DNA of 64,000 bases from an uncultured Chloroflexia bacterium (lineage in GTDB: Bacteria; Chloroflexota; Dehalococcoidia; UBA2979): NCBI GenBank assembly GCA_963728205.1, contig CAVSIV010000006.1, positions 1,280,001-1,344,000 of the forward strand, given 5' to 3'. Positions 51,796-61,390 of the stretch are shown here, in pieces. The notes below the pieces were generated by a model that searched no databases, was not told the DNA's origin, and was given only the letters and a program-made list of their open reading frames with translations. Made by a program: the position numbers and the translations under genes. The stretch's first letter is position 1. Each line of letters begins with the position of its first letter.

Positions 51796-52056
51796 CGCGG
51801 CGGGCCCGGAGCGAGCGGCGTGGAGGAGCCGAGGCGGGACGGGCGGTCGTGCGGGCGGAGGCGACGGCGCGGGAGCGGGCGGCGGCGTGCGGCAAGCATG
51901 TCGACCCCTTTCGGGGGGCGCCGCCCGCAGTCTAGCGTGGCGCCCGTCACGCGGCGCGGTGGTCGTGGCGGTGAGCCGGCGGCGGGCGGTGGTCTTCTCG
52001 ACGTCGGGGCTCGATACAATCGTGGTCGCCCGCGTGACGGGGGAAGGCAGGCGCGC

Positions 52057-52461
52057 ATGGCCACCGTCCAGGTCCGGTACATCGTCCACGACGTCGACGC
52101 AGCGATCGCGTTCTACTGCGGGCAGCTCGGCTTCACGGAGGTCATGCACCCCGCGCCGGCCTTCGCCATGCTCTCGCGCGGCGACCTCCGGCTCGCGCTC
52201 AGCGCGCCGAACCCGCAGGGCGGCGGGGGCCAGTCGATGCCGGACGGCACGCGGCCGGAGCCAGGCGGCTGGAACCGGTTCTCCATCGAGGTCGACGACA
52301 TCGAGACGACGGTCGCCGCGCTGCGCGCCGCCGGCGCGCACTTCCGGAACGACATCGTCACGGGCGTCGGCGGGAAGCAGATCCTCGTCGAGGACCCGTC
52401 GGGCAATCCCATCGAGCTGTTCCAGCCGACGATCGCGGAGGCGCGCCTCGACGGCCGCTGA
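52057..52461 (+). CDS. VOC/glyoxalase family protein
   Basis: VRYIVHDVDAAIAFY, PGGWNRF, GGKQILVEDPSGNPIELF. Confidence 0.9.
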   Translation: MATVQVRYIVHDVDAAIAFYCGQLGFTEVMHPAPAFAMLSRGDLRLALSAPNPQGGGGQSMPDGTRPEPGGWNRFSIEVDDIETTVAALRAAGAHFRNDIVTGVGGKQILVEDPSGNPIELFQPTIAEARLDGR

Positions 52462-52489
52462 GGCGGCTGTCGTGCCGGCGCCGGCCGAG

Positions 52490-52843
52490 CTACACGGCCC
52501 GGCTCGGGCGGTCTCGTGCCAGCTGGACCAGGAAGCACGGGTGGCCGTCCACGTCGGCGACGGCGAAGACCTTCCCGAACGGCAGCTCGCGCAGCTCCAT
52601 GGTGACGCGGGCGCGCGACGCAAGCTCGCGGTAGGCGGCTTCCGCGTCGTCGACGAGCCAGTACAGCTCAGGTTCGCGGGTGCCGCCCAGGGCCTCGTCG
52701 CCGGCGATCGCGAAGTGATCGAACTGGACGAACATGGGGTGGTCGCGCTGGACGGTGAGGCCGAGCACGTCGACGTAAAAGCGCTTCGCGGTCTCGACGT
52801 CCTGGACGTACTGGATCGGAAATCCGAACTGCGGGCGTGGCAT
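52490..52843 (-). CDS. VOC/glyoxalase family protein
   Basis: YVQDVETAKRFYVDVLG, PFGKVFAVADVDGH. Confidence 0.85.
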   Translation of the reverse strand: MPRPQFGFPIQYVQDVETAKRFYVDVLGLTVQRDHPMFVQFDHFAIAGDEALGGTREPELYWLVDDAEAAYRELASRARVTMELRELPFGKVFAVADVDGHPCFLVQLARDRPSRAV

Positions 52844-52897
52844 GATCGCGTCCTCCCCGGTGGGCGTGGGCGGTTCACGAACGGAACGTAGCACCCC

Positions 52898-53518
52898 CTG
52901 CCGACGCAACCTCCTCCGCCGTCGTTTCGTGGCCGTCGCATCTGCGTCATCGGGAACGCCGGCGCGGGCAAGACAACGCTGGCCCGCGCGCTCGCCGCTT
53001 GTCTCGAACTGCGCTACATCGACCGCGACGCCACCGTGTGGGGCCCGGGCTGGACCGCGCTGCCGCGCGCCGAGCGCCCCGCCGCCTTCGACGCCGCGAC
53101 GCGCGACGGAGGCTGGACCTACGACGGCCACCTGCGACGCGATCGTCCCGACGAGCAGGTCGTCCTCTCGCGGTGCGACACCATCGTCTGGCTGGACCTC
53201 CCGCGCCGCGTCGTGGCGTGGACCGGACTTCGCCGCTCGCTGAGCCGCATCGTCACGCGCGAGCGGCTCTGGAACGGCAACGTGGAGACCTGGCGCATGC
53301 TGCTGTCGCGCGAGTTCTCGGTCGCCTGGGCCTGGCGCAGCCACGCGCGATTGCAGCGCGACTACGCGGCGCTGTTCTCGGCCGGAGACCCGGCCGGCCG
53401 CGCGCTCGTGCGGCTGCGGAGCCGCGACGAGGCCGACCGCTGGCTCGCCAATGTCTGTGGTCGCACTCGCGCCGAGCCCGGTGCATCGGCGCAAGACTCG
53501 GTTCGACGTAATGGTTGA
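52898..53518 (+). CDS. adenylate-kinase-like P-loop protein (FlaR/topology modulation type); start uncertain
   Basis: In frame upstream of ORF 53036: RRICVIGNAGAGKTTLARAL; WTYDG, DTIVWLDLP, LWNGNVET. Confidence 0.78.
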   Translation: MPTQPPPPSFRGRRICVIGNAGAGKTTLARALAACLELRYIDRDATVWGPGWTALPRAERPAAFDAATRDGGWTYDGHLRRDRPDEQVVLSRCDTIVWLDLPRRVVAWTGLRRSLSRIVTRERLWNGNVETWRMLLSREFSVAWAWRSHARLQRDYAALFSAGDPAGRALVRLRSRDEADRWLANVCGRTRAEPGASAQDSVRRNG

Positions 53519-53636
53519 GACACGGTCGAGGCGAGGAGCACGGCTTCGTCGCGCCGCCGCTGCCGCGTGCACGCGTCGTGTAGGAACCGTACTCACCCTG
53601 ACGCAAACGTTCGAACCGGCGCACGTACGATTGATG

Positions 53637-53665
53637 TGGATCGATGGCGGTTCAACGACTATGTT
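53637..53665 (+). promoter_or_regulatory. putative promoter of the small basic protein, copy 2
   Basis: TGGATC-17-TATGTT. Confidence 0.45.
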
Positions 53666-53702
53666 GCTCCGACACTCTGACCGGAGAGAGCAGGAACACC
53701 AG

Positions 53703-53990
53703 ATGCCCAAGTTCACGCAACTGAAGTCCGAGGATGTCGCCATCGGCCGAGAGCGCGCTGCGGAAGAGGCTCGGAAGCCATATCTCGACGCGCTGAAGGC
53801 GAGCGACGCCGGGCAGATCGACCTCGACCGCAACGAGATCCCATCGACGGTGAAGCGCCGCCTCGCGGATGCCGCCGCCGAGCTCGGGGTGAAGGTGCGG
53901 TCGAGCTGGACGGACGGCAACCAGCGCTCGCTGGTGTGGAAGAAGTCCGGCAAGCGCGGCGCGCCGCGCGGTCCCCGCAAGGCAGGCTAG
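53703..53990 (+). CDS. small basic hypothetical protein, 95 aa, copy 2
   Basis: MPKFTQLKSEDVAIGRERAAEEARKPYLDAL...PSTVKRRLADAAAELGVKVRSSW...WKKSGKRGAPRGPRKAG; AGGA RBS; paralog at 22096. Confidence 0.85.
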   Translation: MPKFTQLKSEDVAIGRERAAEEARKPYLDALKASDAGQIDLDRNEIPSTVKRRLADAAAELGVKVRSSWTDGNQRSLVWKKSGKRGAPRGPRKAG

Positions 53991-54104
53991 CCGCCCGTCG
54001 CGGCCCACGCGTCCGGGCGGCCGCGGCCTTCACGGGCACACGGGCGCCTGGGCAGTGGCCGGGTAGCGGTTCGCCGGCCCGTGCGCTCGGCGCTTCGTCG
54101 CGCC

Positions 54105-54917
54105 CTACGCGGCCGAGTGGTGCGACGGCGTCGCCTCGACCATGGACGCCGCGACGACGCGCTCCACGTGCCGGTCTACCCACGACCGCCCGCCGAACTG
54201 GCGGAGCGTCGCGATCACGCCCTCCGCGTAGGCGCGCGCCACCGGGGTCATCGGGCGTGTCCGCGGCGTCCCGTGCGGGATGCCGAGCACCGACGCCGCC
54301 GAGCACGCGGTGACGACCACGCCGGGGAACGCGTACGGCTGCGCCGGCGTGCGCGGGGCCGGGAAGCCGATCGCCGCGACGAGCCACCGCGGGAGCTGCA
54401 ACTCGGAGCCGATGAGCGCCGCGACCTCGATCTCCGTGAAGCCGAGCAGCTCGCGTTCGGCCGCCACGAGGTCGAGCGCTTCGGTCTCGGCGAGCGTCAT
54501 CGCGGCCTGGAGGCCGTGCGGGAAGTAGCGATCGAGCGCCAGCCGCCCGAGCCGGTGGGCGAAGCCCGCGACGAACGCCTGGTTCGCGCGGTCGGGGTCG
54601 GCCACGGCGGCCGCCGCCACCACGCCGGTCGCGGCCGCATGGCGCCAGAACGCGTCGCCGTCGAGCGCCTGGCAGGTGGCGCCCCACCACTGCGTCAGCA
54701 CGCGCGTGACGTCGATCAGGCGCAGCCGGTCGTAGCCGATGCCGGACTCCGCACGCCGCAGCGGCAGCCAGCTGCCGACGCGCGACTCGTGGCCCTCGAG
54801 CACCGAGGTCAGCGCGCGAGCGTCGCGCCCCGGCTCCTGGAGGAGCGCGCGAAACGGCCGGAGATCCGGCGCGTCCGCGACCGTCTGACGAACGACCGTG
54901 TCGAGCGCGAATTCCAC
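54105..54917 (-). CDS. HDOD domain protein, copy 2
   Basis: FWRHAAATG, AFVAGFAHRLGRLALD, ERELLGFTEIEVAA, LQLPRWL; GTG start with GAGGGG RBS. Confidence 0.75.
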   Translation of the reverse strand: MEFALDTVVRQTVADAPDLRPFRALLQEPGRDARALTSVLEGHESRVGSWLPLRRAESGIGYDRLRLIDVTRVLTQWWGATCQALDGDAFWRHAAATGVVAAAAVADPDRANQAFVAGFAHRLGRLALDRYFPHGLQAAMTLAETEALDLVAAERELLGFTEIEVAALIGSELQLPRWLVAAIGFPAPRTPAQPYAFPGVVVTACSAASVLGIPHGTPRTRPMTPVARAYAEGVIATLRQFGGRSWVDRHVERVVAASMVEATPSHHSAA

Positions 54918-55111
54918 GATGGGGCCCCTCGGTACGCGCCGCGCTCCCCGGCCGGGGTCGGCATCGCATTTGCCAAGTCGATTGCGTGGCAATCGTCGCG
55001 GACGCGGTGCGATGGACGGACCCTCCAAGGTCCCGCCGTATGGGGCCGAAGGTCCCGGGCGCGGGTGCGCCGATCCGCGCAGTCGCGGTCGGTGCGACGC
55101 ATCGCGCCGCG

Positions 55112-55999
55112 CTACAGCGCGCCGATGGCGGTCAGCGCACGCCGCACGTCCTCGACGCCCGCGGCCGAGAGCGGCGCCTGTGGCGGAAGCGGATCGCCGA
55201 CCGCGTACCCCTGCAACGTGAGGCCGCCCTTGATGCACGCCGCGAGGTGGTGGCGCGCGAACGCCTCGTTCAGCGCCCACAGGCGTCGCTGCAGCTCCAT
55301 CGCGCCGCGCCAGTCCTCGCGGCGGCAGCGCTCGTAGAGCTCGACGCTCTGCCGCGGCGCGACGCACGCGGGCCCGGCCATCCAGCCCACGCCGCCGATC
55401 AGCATCACCGCCGTCGCGACGTGCGCCGACGCGGCGAACACCTGCAGGCGACCCTCGACGCGGTTGAGGATCGAGAGCAGCCGCCCGGTGTTGGACGAAG
55501 CGTCCTTGATGTACGCGATGTTCGGCACGTGGCTGAGCCGGTCGATGACGTCGAGGCTGAGGTCGGAGCGCTGGAACGTCGGGTTCGTGTAGAGCACGAC
55601 GGGGATCGAGACCGCCGCGGCGACGGCGCGGAAGTAGTCGGCGACGCCGTCGTCGGAGAGCGGGAAGTAGGCTTCGAGGATTGCGAGGATGCCGGCGCAG
55701 CCCATCGCCTCGAACGCGCGTGCCTGGGCGACGGCGTCGGCGGTGGTGGTGGCCGCCACGCCGGCGATCACCGGGACGCGGCCGCTTGCGGCCTCGAGCA
55801 CCACCTCGACGACGCGCCGTCGCTGCGGCCACGAGAGGTACGCGAACTCACCGGTGGAGCCGAGCGGCGTGAGGCCGTGCACACCGGCCGCGACGAGGTC
55901 GTCACAGAGTCGCGCGAGGACGTCGGCGTGCACTTCGCCGTCGGCGTCGACGGGCGAGACGAGGTAGGGGAAGACGCCGTGGAAGCCGGAGTCGGTCAT
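55112..55999 (-). CDS. dihydrodipicolinate synthase family (class I aldolase/lyase)
   Basis: [26 protein letters not shown] (Schiff-base Lys). Confidence 0.88.
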   Translation of the reverse strand: MTDSGFHGVFPYLVSPVDADGEVHADVLARLCDDLVAAGVHGLTPLGSTGEFAYLSWPQRRRVVEVVLEAASGRVPVIAGVAATTTADAVAQARAFEAMGCAGILAILEAYFPLSDDGVADYFRAVAAAVSIPVVLYTNPTFQRSDLSLDVIDRLSHVPNIAYIKDASSNTGRLLSILNRVEGRLQVFAASAHVATAVMLIGGVGWMAGPACVAPRQSVELYERCRREDWRGAMELQRRLWALNEAFARHHLAACIKGGLTLQGYAVGDPLPPQAPLSAAGVEDVRRALTAIGAL

Positions 56000-56047
56000 G
56001 CGCGGGCTCGTCTCAACGAACCGGCCCGGACTTCCGTCCGGGCCGGC

Positions 56048-56075
56048 ATCGGCGGCATGCTGCCGCCGCTTGACG
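56048..56075. repeat. REP-like palindrome
   Basis: ATCGGCGGCATGCTGCCGCCGCTTGACG. Confidence 0.7.
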
Positions 56076-56088
56076 CGTCGCTGGTGGA

Positions 56089-57324
56089 TTAGCCGCGTGG
56101 CAGGCCGAGGCCGCGCGTGGCGATGATGTTCCGCTGGATCTCCGACGTGCCCGCGGCAATCGTCGACGGGACCGACCGCACGTAGTTCTGGGTGAAGTCG
56201 CCGTCGAGCGGCGCCCAGTGGTTCGGCGGGTCCTTGTACGTGTTGCGGGCGTCGTCGTCGTGGCCCCAGAACATGCTGTAGAGGCCGAACACCTGCGTGC
56301 CCGTGCGCGCCAGCTTCTGTGTCAGCTCCGAGTTGAACAGCTTCGACGTCGATGCCTCGTAGTTCGGGATCAGGCCCGCCGACTGCATCGAGATGATGCG
56401 GAAGCTGAACTGGAACTGGACCTCGGTCTCGATGTAGCGGTCTGCGATCTGGTGGCGCAGCGACGGCAGCGCCTCGAGCCGCGAGCGCTGCTTGCCCTCG
56501 TCGCTGTCGACGTAGTCGAGCAGCTTGCGGATCGACTTGCGGCTCGTGATCGCGCCGGTGATGTTCGAGCGCTCGAAGTCGAGCAGAGTGGCGCCGACGT
56601 ACCAGCCGCGGTTCTCCTCGCCGACGCGGTTCTTCGCCGGCACGCGGACGTCCTCGAAGAACGTCTCGTTGAAGTGGTGGTGTCCGCCCATGTCGATCAG
56701 TGGCCGGATCGAGAGGCCCGGCGTGTGGATGTCCATGAGCAGGAACGAGATGCCGCGGTGCTTCGGGGCGTCCGGGTCGGTGCGCACGAGGACGTAGAGC
56801 CAGTCGGCGTACTGGGCGCCCGAGGTCCAGATCTTCTGGCCGTTCACGACGTAGTCGTCGCCGTCGCGGATGGCGCGGGTCTGGAGCGAGGCGAGGTCGG
56901 AGCCGGCGCCCGGCTCGGAGTAGCCCTGCTGCCAGTTCACCTCGCCGGAGAGGATCTTGGGGAGGTGCTCGGCCTTCTGCTCGTCGGTGCCGTGGACGAT
57001 CAGGGTGGGGCCGAGCTGGCTGACGCCCTGGCCGCCGACGGCCGGCGCGCCGGCCTGGGCCATCTCCTGCTTGAAGATGAACTGCTCCATGGGGGTGAGT
57101 CCGGCGCCGCCGTACTCCTTCGGCCAGTGCGGGGCGATCCAGCCCTTCGCGGCGAGGGCGCCCTGCCACTCGGTCGCCGCGTCGCGGGTTCCGGCGTCGT
57201 CGGACTTGCGGTCCTGCACCCATTCGCCGTGCCCGGCCTGGTAGCGGGCGGGCAGCTTCGTTTCGATGAGGGTTTGCACCTCGCGGCGGAAGGCCGCCTG
57301 CTCGGGGGTGTCTTTCCAGTCCAT
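56089..57324 (-). CDS. acyl-CoA dehydrogenase (paralog of 46804-47991)
   Basis: [44 protein letters not shown]. Confidence 0.93.
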   Translation of the reverse strand: MDWKDTPEQAAFRREVQTLIETKLPARYQAGHGEWVQDRKSDDAGTRDAATEWQGALAAKGWIAPHWPKEYGGAGLTPMEQFIFKQEMAQAGAPAVGGQGVSQLGPTLIVHGTDEQKAEHLPKILSGEVNWQQGYSEPGAGSDLASLQTRAIRDGDDYVVNGQKIWTSGAQYADWLYVLVRTDPDAPKHRGISFLLMDIHTPGLSIRPLIDMGGHHHFNETFFEDVRVPAKNRVGEENRGWYVGATLLDFERSNITGAITSRKSIRKLLDYVDSDEGKQRSRLEALPSLRHQIADRYIETEVQFQFSFRIISMQSAGLIPNYEASTSKLFNSELTQKLARTGTQVFGLYSMFWGHDDDARNTYKDPPNHWAPLDGDFTQNYVRSVPSTIAAGTSEIQRNIIATRGLGLPRG

Positions 57325-57599
57325 GTGGGGCTCTCCTTCGCTGCGAGCGAACTGGCGCGCCGTCTGACCGAGGGCTGCGCGGTTCGGCGCGGCGATGATG
57401 CGCGGCGTGAACACGCACGTCAACGGCGGACGGCGGCCCGGACCGCGGACGCGGCACGGGCTCGACGCGCGATGTGGCGCGTTGCGGCTTCGCCCGCCCC
57501 CCGCACCGTTTCTCCACCATTGCTCAACCAGTCGACGACGAATCGCTCATATCTTCGCGCGCAGGGGGGTGGGCCCCGGGCCGGGGCAGGGGGACGGAC

Positions 57600-58064
57600 A
57601 TGCAGCAGTACATCGATCGTCTGCGCGAGCGGTACGTCGATCAGCCCGTGAAGTGGGCGGCGATCGCGGGGTTCGCGCTCGTGGTGCTCGGCGCCTTCGG
57701 GCCGTGGGCGACCGTGGGCGTCGCGGGCTTCCACGTCTCGGCGAACGGCTTCGACTACAACGGGGCGCTCGTGCTGATCCTGGCGCTCGCCGCGCTCGGC
57801 GGCATCGGCGCCTACACCTTCGCGCGGGGCGGTGTCCCGCTGGCGACGCTCCTCTGGGCGCTCGTTGCCTGCGCGGCCGTGATCGACGTGCTGGTGCTCA
57901 TCAACTTCCTCGACATCGTCGGCACGCGCGGCGTGGGCGTCGGCTGGGGGCTGTGGCTGACGGTCATCGGCGCGGTTGCCGCCTCGCTCGGCGCCGTCGT
58001 GCCGATGTGGGCCGAGATCCAGGCGCGCGGCCGCGACCTGCGCGGCGGCTCGCACACGTCCTGA
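57600..58064 (+). CDS. 4-TM membrane protein
   Basis: GAFGPWA, GVGWGLWL hydrophobic helices. Confidence 0.7.
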   Translation: MQQYIDRLRERYVDQPVKWAAIAGFALVVLGAFGPWATVGVAGFHVSANGFDYNGALVLILALAALGGIGAYTFARGGVPLATLLWALVACAAVIDVLVLINFLDIVGTRGVGVGWGLWLTVIGAVAASLGAVVPMWAEIQARGRDLRGGSHTS

Positions 58065-58171
58065 GAACGCTCCGCCCGGGGGGCGTGCGCGACGGCGGAC
58101 GTGACGCCGTGGCGCTGCGCGGGGCCGTGCAGTCCGCCGCCCGCGTCGCCGTCGCATGCGACAATCGCCCC

Positions 58172-58543
58172 ATGGCGGTCGAGTCACTCAGCGCGATCAC
58201 GCTTGCGACGCGCGACATGGAGCGGGCGGTCGCGTTCTACGAGACGCTCGGGTTTCGTCGCGCCTGGGGACGGCCGGGCGGCGACTTCAACGTGCTCAAC
58301 GCCGGCAGCGCCTGGATCAACCTGTTCCTCGCCGAGCCCGACCGCGCCTGGGGCGCCTGGGGGCGCTTCATCCTGCACGTCGACGACGTCGACGCCGTCT
58401 ACGAAGCGCTGCGCGCCGCCGGATACGAGCCGGAGATGGCGCCGAGCGACGCGCCCTGGGGGGAGCGGTACTTCCACGTGAAGGACGCCGACGGCCATGA
58501 GGTCGCGATCGCGAAGCGGTTCCGCCCGCCGCGGACGGAATAG
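58172..58543 (+). CDS. VOC/glyoxalase family protein
   Basis: AITLATRDMERAVAFYETLGF, DAPWGERYFHVKDADGHEV. Confidence 0.9.
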   Translation: MAVESLSAITLATRDMERAVAFYETLGFRRAWGRPGGDFNVLNAGSAWINLFLAEPDRAWGAWGRFILHVDDVDAVYEALRAAGYEPEMAPSDAPWGERYFHVKDADGHEVAIAKRFRPPRTE

Positions 58544-58675
58544 GGCGAGCAGGCGCGTCAGGTCGCTGTTGCCGACCGGGCACGCACACGAGCGGCGGCC
58601 ACGCCACACGCCCGGCGGGTCCCAGCCCGAGCGGCCGCGCGCTTCCCTCGGCGCTCGCCGGCCGGAAGACCGGGC

Positions 58676-59767
58676 TCACACTCCCTGCGCGCCTCCGGAT
58701 CGCAGGCGCTCCGCGAGCGCTTCGCCGAAGGCGTGCGTGCCGAGCGGGCCGCCGAGGTCACGCGTGCGGTGCACCGGGTCCCCCAGCAGCGCGTCGACCG
58801 ACGACTCGATCGCGCGGGCGGCGGCGTCGTAGCGCGGGTCGGCGTGGCGGCGGCCGAGCCACTCGAGCAGCATCGCGGCGGAGAGAATCAGCGACGCCGG
58901 GTTCGCGACATCGGTGCCGGCGATGTCCGGCGCGGAGCCGTGCTGCGCCTGCGCCATGCAGTGCGCGTCGCCGGCGTTGACGGAGGCGGCGAGGCCGAGG
59001 CTGCCCGACAGCTCGGTGGCCTCGTCGGAGAGGATGTCGCCGTACATGTTCGTCGTGACGACGACGTCGTAGCGCGCGGCGTCGCGCACGAGCAGCGCGG
59101 CCATGGAGTCGACGAGCTGCTCGTCGTAGGCGACCGCCGGGTGCTCGGCGGCGACGCGGCGCACCTCCTGCAGGAACAGCCCCTCGGTGACGTGCAGCAC
59201 GTTCGCCTTGTGCACGGCGGTGACGCGGCGGCGGCGCGTCTCGGCGAGCGCGAAGGCGGCGCGCGCGATGCGCGCCGAGCCGGCCGCGGTGATCTTGCGG
59301 ACCGCGAGCGCGACGTCGGGTGTGGGCATGAACTCGCCGCTGCCGAGGTACATATTGCGGTCGGCGTAGAAGCCCTCGGTGTTCTCTCGCACGATCACGA
59401 GGTCCATTGCCGTGCGGCCCCAGTGCGGCACCGACGGGCGGGTGCGCGCGGGGCGGACGTTCGCGTAGAGGTCGAGCGCGAGGCGGAGGGCGCCCGACGG
59501 GTTCACGCCGCCCTCGGCCAGCGGCGGGTACTCGTGGTGCGAGACGGGGCCCATGAGGATGCCGTCGGCGGCGCGACAGGCGTCGAGCACCGCGGCGGGG
59601 AGGGTCGTGCCGTCGCGCGCGAGGCTCGCGAGGCCAATGTCGTGGGGCTCGAAGCGCAGGCCGAGCTCGAACGCGGCGTCGGCCGCCTCGAGGACGGCGA
59701 GGGTGGCGGCGGCGATCTCGGGGCCGATGCCGTCTCCGGCCAGGACTGCGATGCGCATGCGGCGCAT
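58676..59767 (-). CDS. isocitrate/isopropylmalate dehydrogenase family protein
   Basis: LAGDGIGPEI, DLYANVRP, VRENTEG, VHKANV, NMYGDILSD, HGSAPDIAG. Confidence 0.9.
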   Translation of the reverse strand: MRRMRIAVLAGDGIGPEIAAATLAVLEAADAAFELGLRFEPHDIGLASLARDGTTLPAAVLDACRAADGILMGPVSHHEYPPLAEGGVNPSGALRLALDLYANVRPARTRPSVPHWGRTAMDLVIVRENTEGFYADRNMYLGSGEFMPTPDVALAVRKITAAGSARIARAAFALAETRRRRVTAVHKANVLHVTEGLFLQEVRRVAAEHPAVAYDEQLVDSMAALLVRDAARYDVVVTTNMYGDILSDEATELSGSLGLAASVNAGDAHCMAQAQHGSAPDIAGTDVANPASLILSAAMLLEWLGRRHADPRYDAAARAIESSVDALLGDPVHRTRDLGGPLGTHAFGEALAERLRSGGAQGV

Positions 59768-59872
59768 CGTACGTGACGGGCCCGGGCGCGGGGGGTGTGA
59801 CGGGCGGGTGTAGGCTGCTGGGCGCGTCCGCTCGGGCGCGCGAAGAGGGAGGTCGCTCTGACCGAGGAAGTC

Positions 59873-61093
59873 GTGCCGGCGGAGGGCGCGCCCACGGCGG
59901 GCGCGCGCAGCGAGCACGGCTCGCCGCTCGAGGTGCTGCTCGTCGCCGGGCGGCTCGGCCTGACGTCGTTCGGCGGGCCGGTCGCGCACCTCGGCTACTT
60001 CCGCGACGAGTACGTCGTGCGGCGCGGGTGGGTCGACGATCACGCGTACGCCGACCTCGTCGCGCTGTGCCAGATGCTGCCGGGGCCGGCGAGCAGCCAG
60101 GTCGGCATCTCGATCGGGATGGTGCGCGCGGGGCTGCTCGGCGGGATCGCCGCGTGGCTCGGGTTCACCGTGCCGTCAGCGCTCGCGCTGATCGTCTTCG
60201 CCTACGGCCTGCGCGAATTCGACGTCACGAACGCGGCGTGGCTGCACGGCCTGCTGATCGCCGCGGTCGCCGTCGTCGCGAACGCGGTCTGGGGGATGGC
60301 GCGCAACCTCGCGCCCGACCGCGAGCGCGCGACGATCGCGGCGCTGGCGGCGATCGTGATGCTCGTCTCGCCGCACCCGCTGACGCAGATCGCGGTGATC
60401 GCCGTCGGCGCGGCGATCGGGTGGCGGCTGCTGCACGCGACGCCGCTCGCGCCTGAACAGGACACGGGGCTGCGCACGCCGGGGCGGCGCGTGGCCGTCG
60501 TCGCGCTCGTCTGCTTCTTCGCGCTGCTCGGGGCGCTGCCGCTGGCGCGGGCGTTCAGCACGAACCACGTGCTCGCGGTCGTCGACTCCTTCTATCGCGA
60601 CGGCGCGCTGGTGTTCGGCGGCGGGCACGTGGTGCTGCCGCTGCTGCAGGCGTCGGTCGTGCCGCCCGGCTGGATCTCGAACCACGCGTTCATCGCGGGG
60701 TACGGCGCCGCCCAGGCGGTGCCGGGGCCGCTGTTCTCGTTCGCCGCGTACCTGGGCGCCGCGATGACGCCCGAGCCGAACGGCTGGCTCGGCGGCGTGA
60801 TCGCACTCGTGGCGATCTACCTGCCGTCGTTCTTCCTCGTCACCGGGCTGCTGCCATTCTGGGGCGCGCTGCGCGCGCGCACGGCGGTGCGGTCGGCGCT
60901 GCTCGGCGTGAACGCGGCGGTGGTGGGGCTGCTGCTGTCGGCGCTCTACACGCCGGTGTGGACGAGCGCGGTGGCGCGACCGGCCGACTTCGCGCTGGTG
61001 GTCGCGACGTTCGCGCTGCTGGCGCTGTGGAAGCTGCCGCCGTGGATGGTGGTGGTGTTCGCCGCGGTGGCGGCGCAGGTGTTCTTGCGGTAG
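59873..61093 (+). CDS. chrA: chromate efflux transporter (long-chain CHR)
   Basis: LGLTSFGGPVAHLG, CQMLPGPASSQVG, FGGGHVVLPLL, GAAQAVPGP, GVNAAVVG. Confidence 0.92.
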   Translation: MPAEGAPTAGARSEHGSPLEVLLVAGRLGLTSFGGPVAHLGYFRDEYVVRRGWVDDHAYADLVALCQMLPGPASSQVGISIGMVRAGLLGGIAAWLGFTVPSALALIVFAYGLREFDVTNAAWLHGLLIAAVAVVANAVWGMARNLAPDRERATIAALAAIVMLVSPHPLTQIAVIAVGAAIGWRLLHATPLAPEQDTGLRTPGRRVAVVALVCFFALLGALPLARAFSTNHVLAVVDSFYRDGALVFGGGHVVLPLLQASVVPPGWISNHAFIAGYGAAQAVPGPLFSFAAYLGAAMTPEPNGWLGGVIALVAIYLPSFFLVTGLLPFWGALRARTAVRSALLGVNAAVVGLLLSALYTPVWTSAVARPADFALVVATFALLALWKLPPWMVVVFAAVAAQVFLR

Positions 61094-61116
61094 CGGGCGC
61101 GGGACTCCCCCCAACG

Positions 61117-61265
61117 CCCGGCGAGCGGAACGCGTTCCGCGTTCCCACTCAGCGTGCGTGTCCCGCCGTCGGCACCCACGCGGGTCGTGCGAGAACCGGG
61201 GTCGTTCGCGAGCCCGGCGGTCGTGCGGGCGAAGTCGGAACGCGGGACGCGTTCCGCTCGCCGGG
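61117..61265. repeat. 29-bp inverted repeat pair (MITE/REPIN-like)
   Basis: CCCGGCGAGCGGAACGCGTTCCGCGTTCC (61117-61145) and its reverse complement with 1 mismatch (61237-61265). Confidence 0.7.
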
Positions 61266-61390
61266 ACGACACGTGACCTCCGTCACCGGAACCGCGTGGC
61301 TCACGCCAGCGTTAGGCGTCTGTCCGGCGGACTACGCTGGCATCTCGCCGGGCGGGTTGCCGCGATTGGGGACTCCTCACGCTGCCCTCC

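Noticed and set aside
58676-59767. Assigning leuB (and dapA for 55112-55999)
   Set aside because: Family motifs are clear but there is no biosynthetic context, and specificity cannot be determined by eye.
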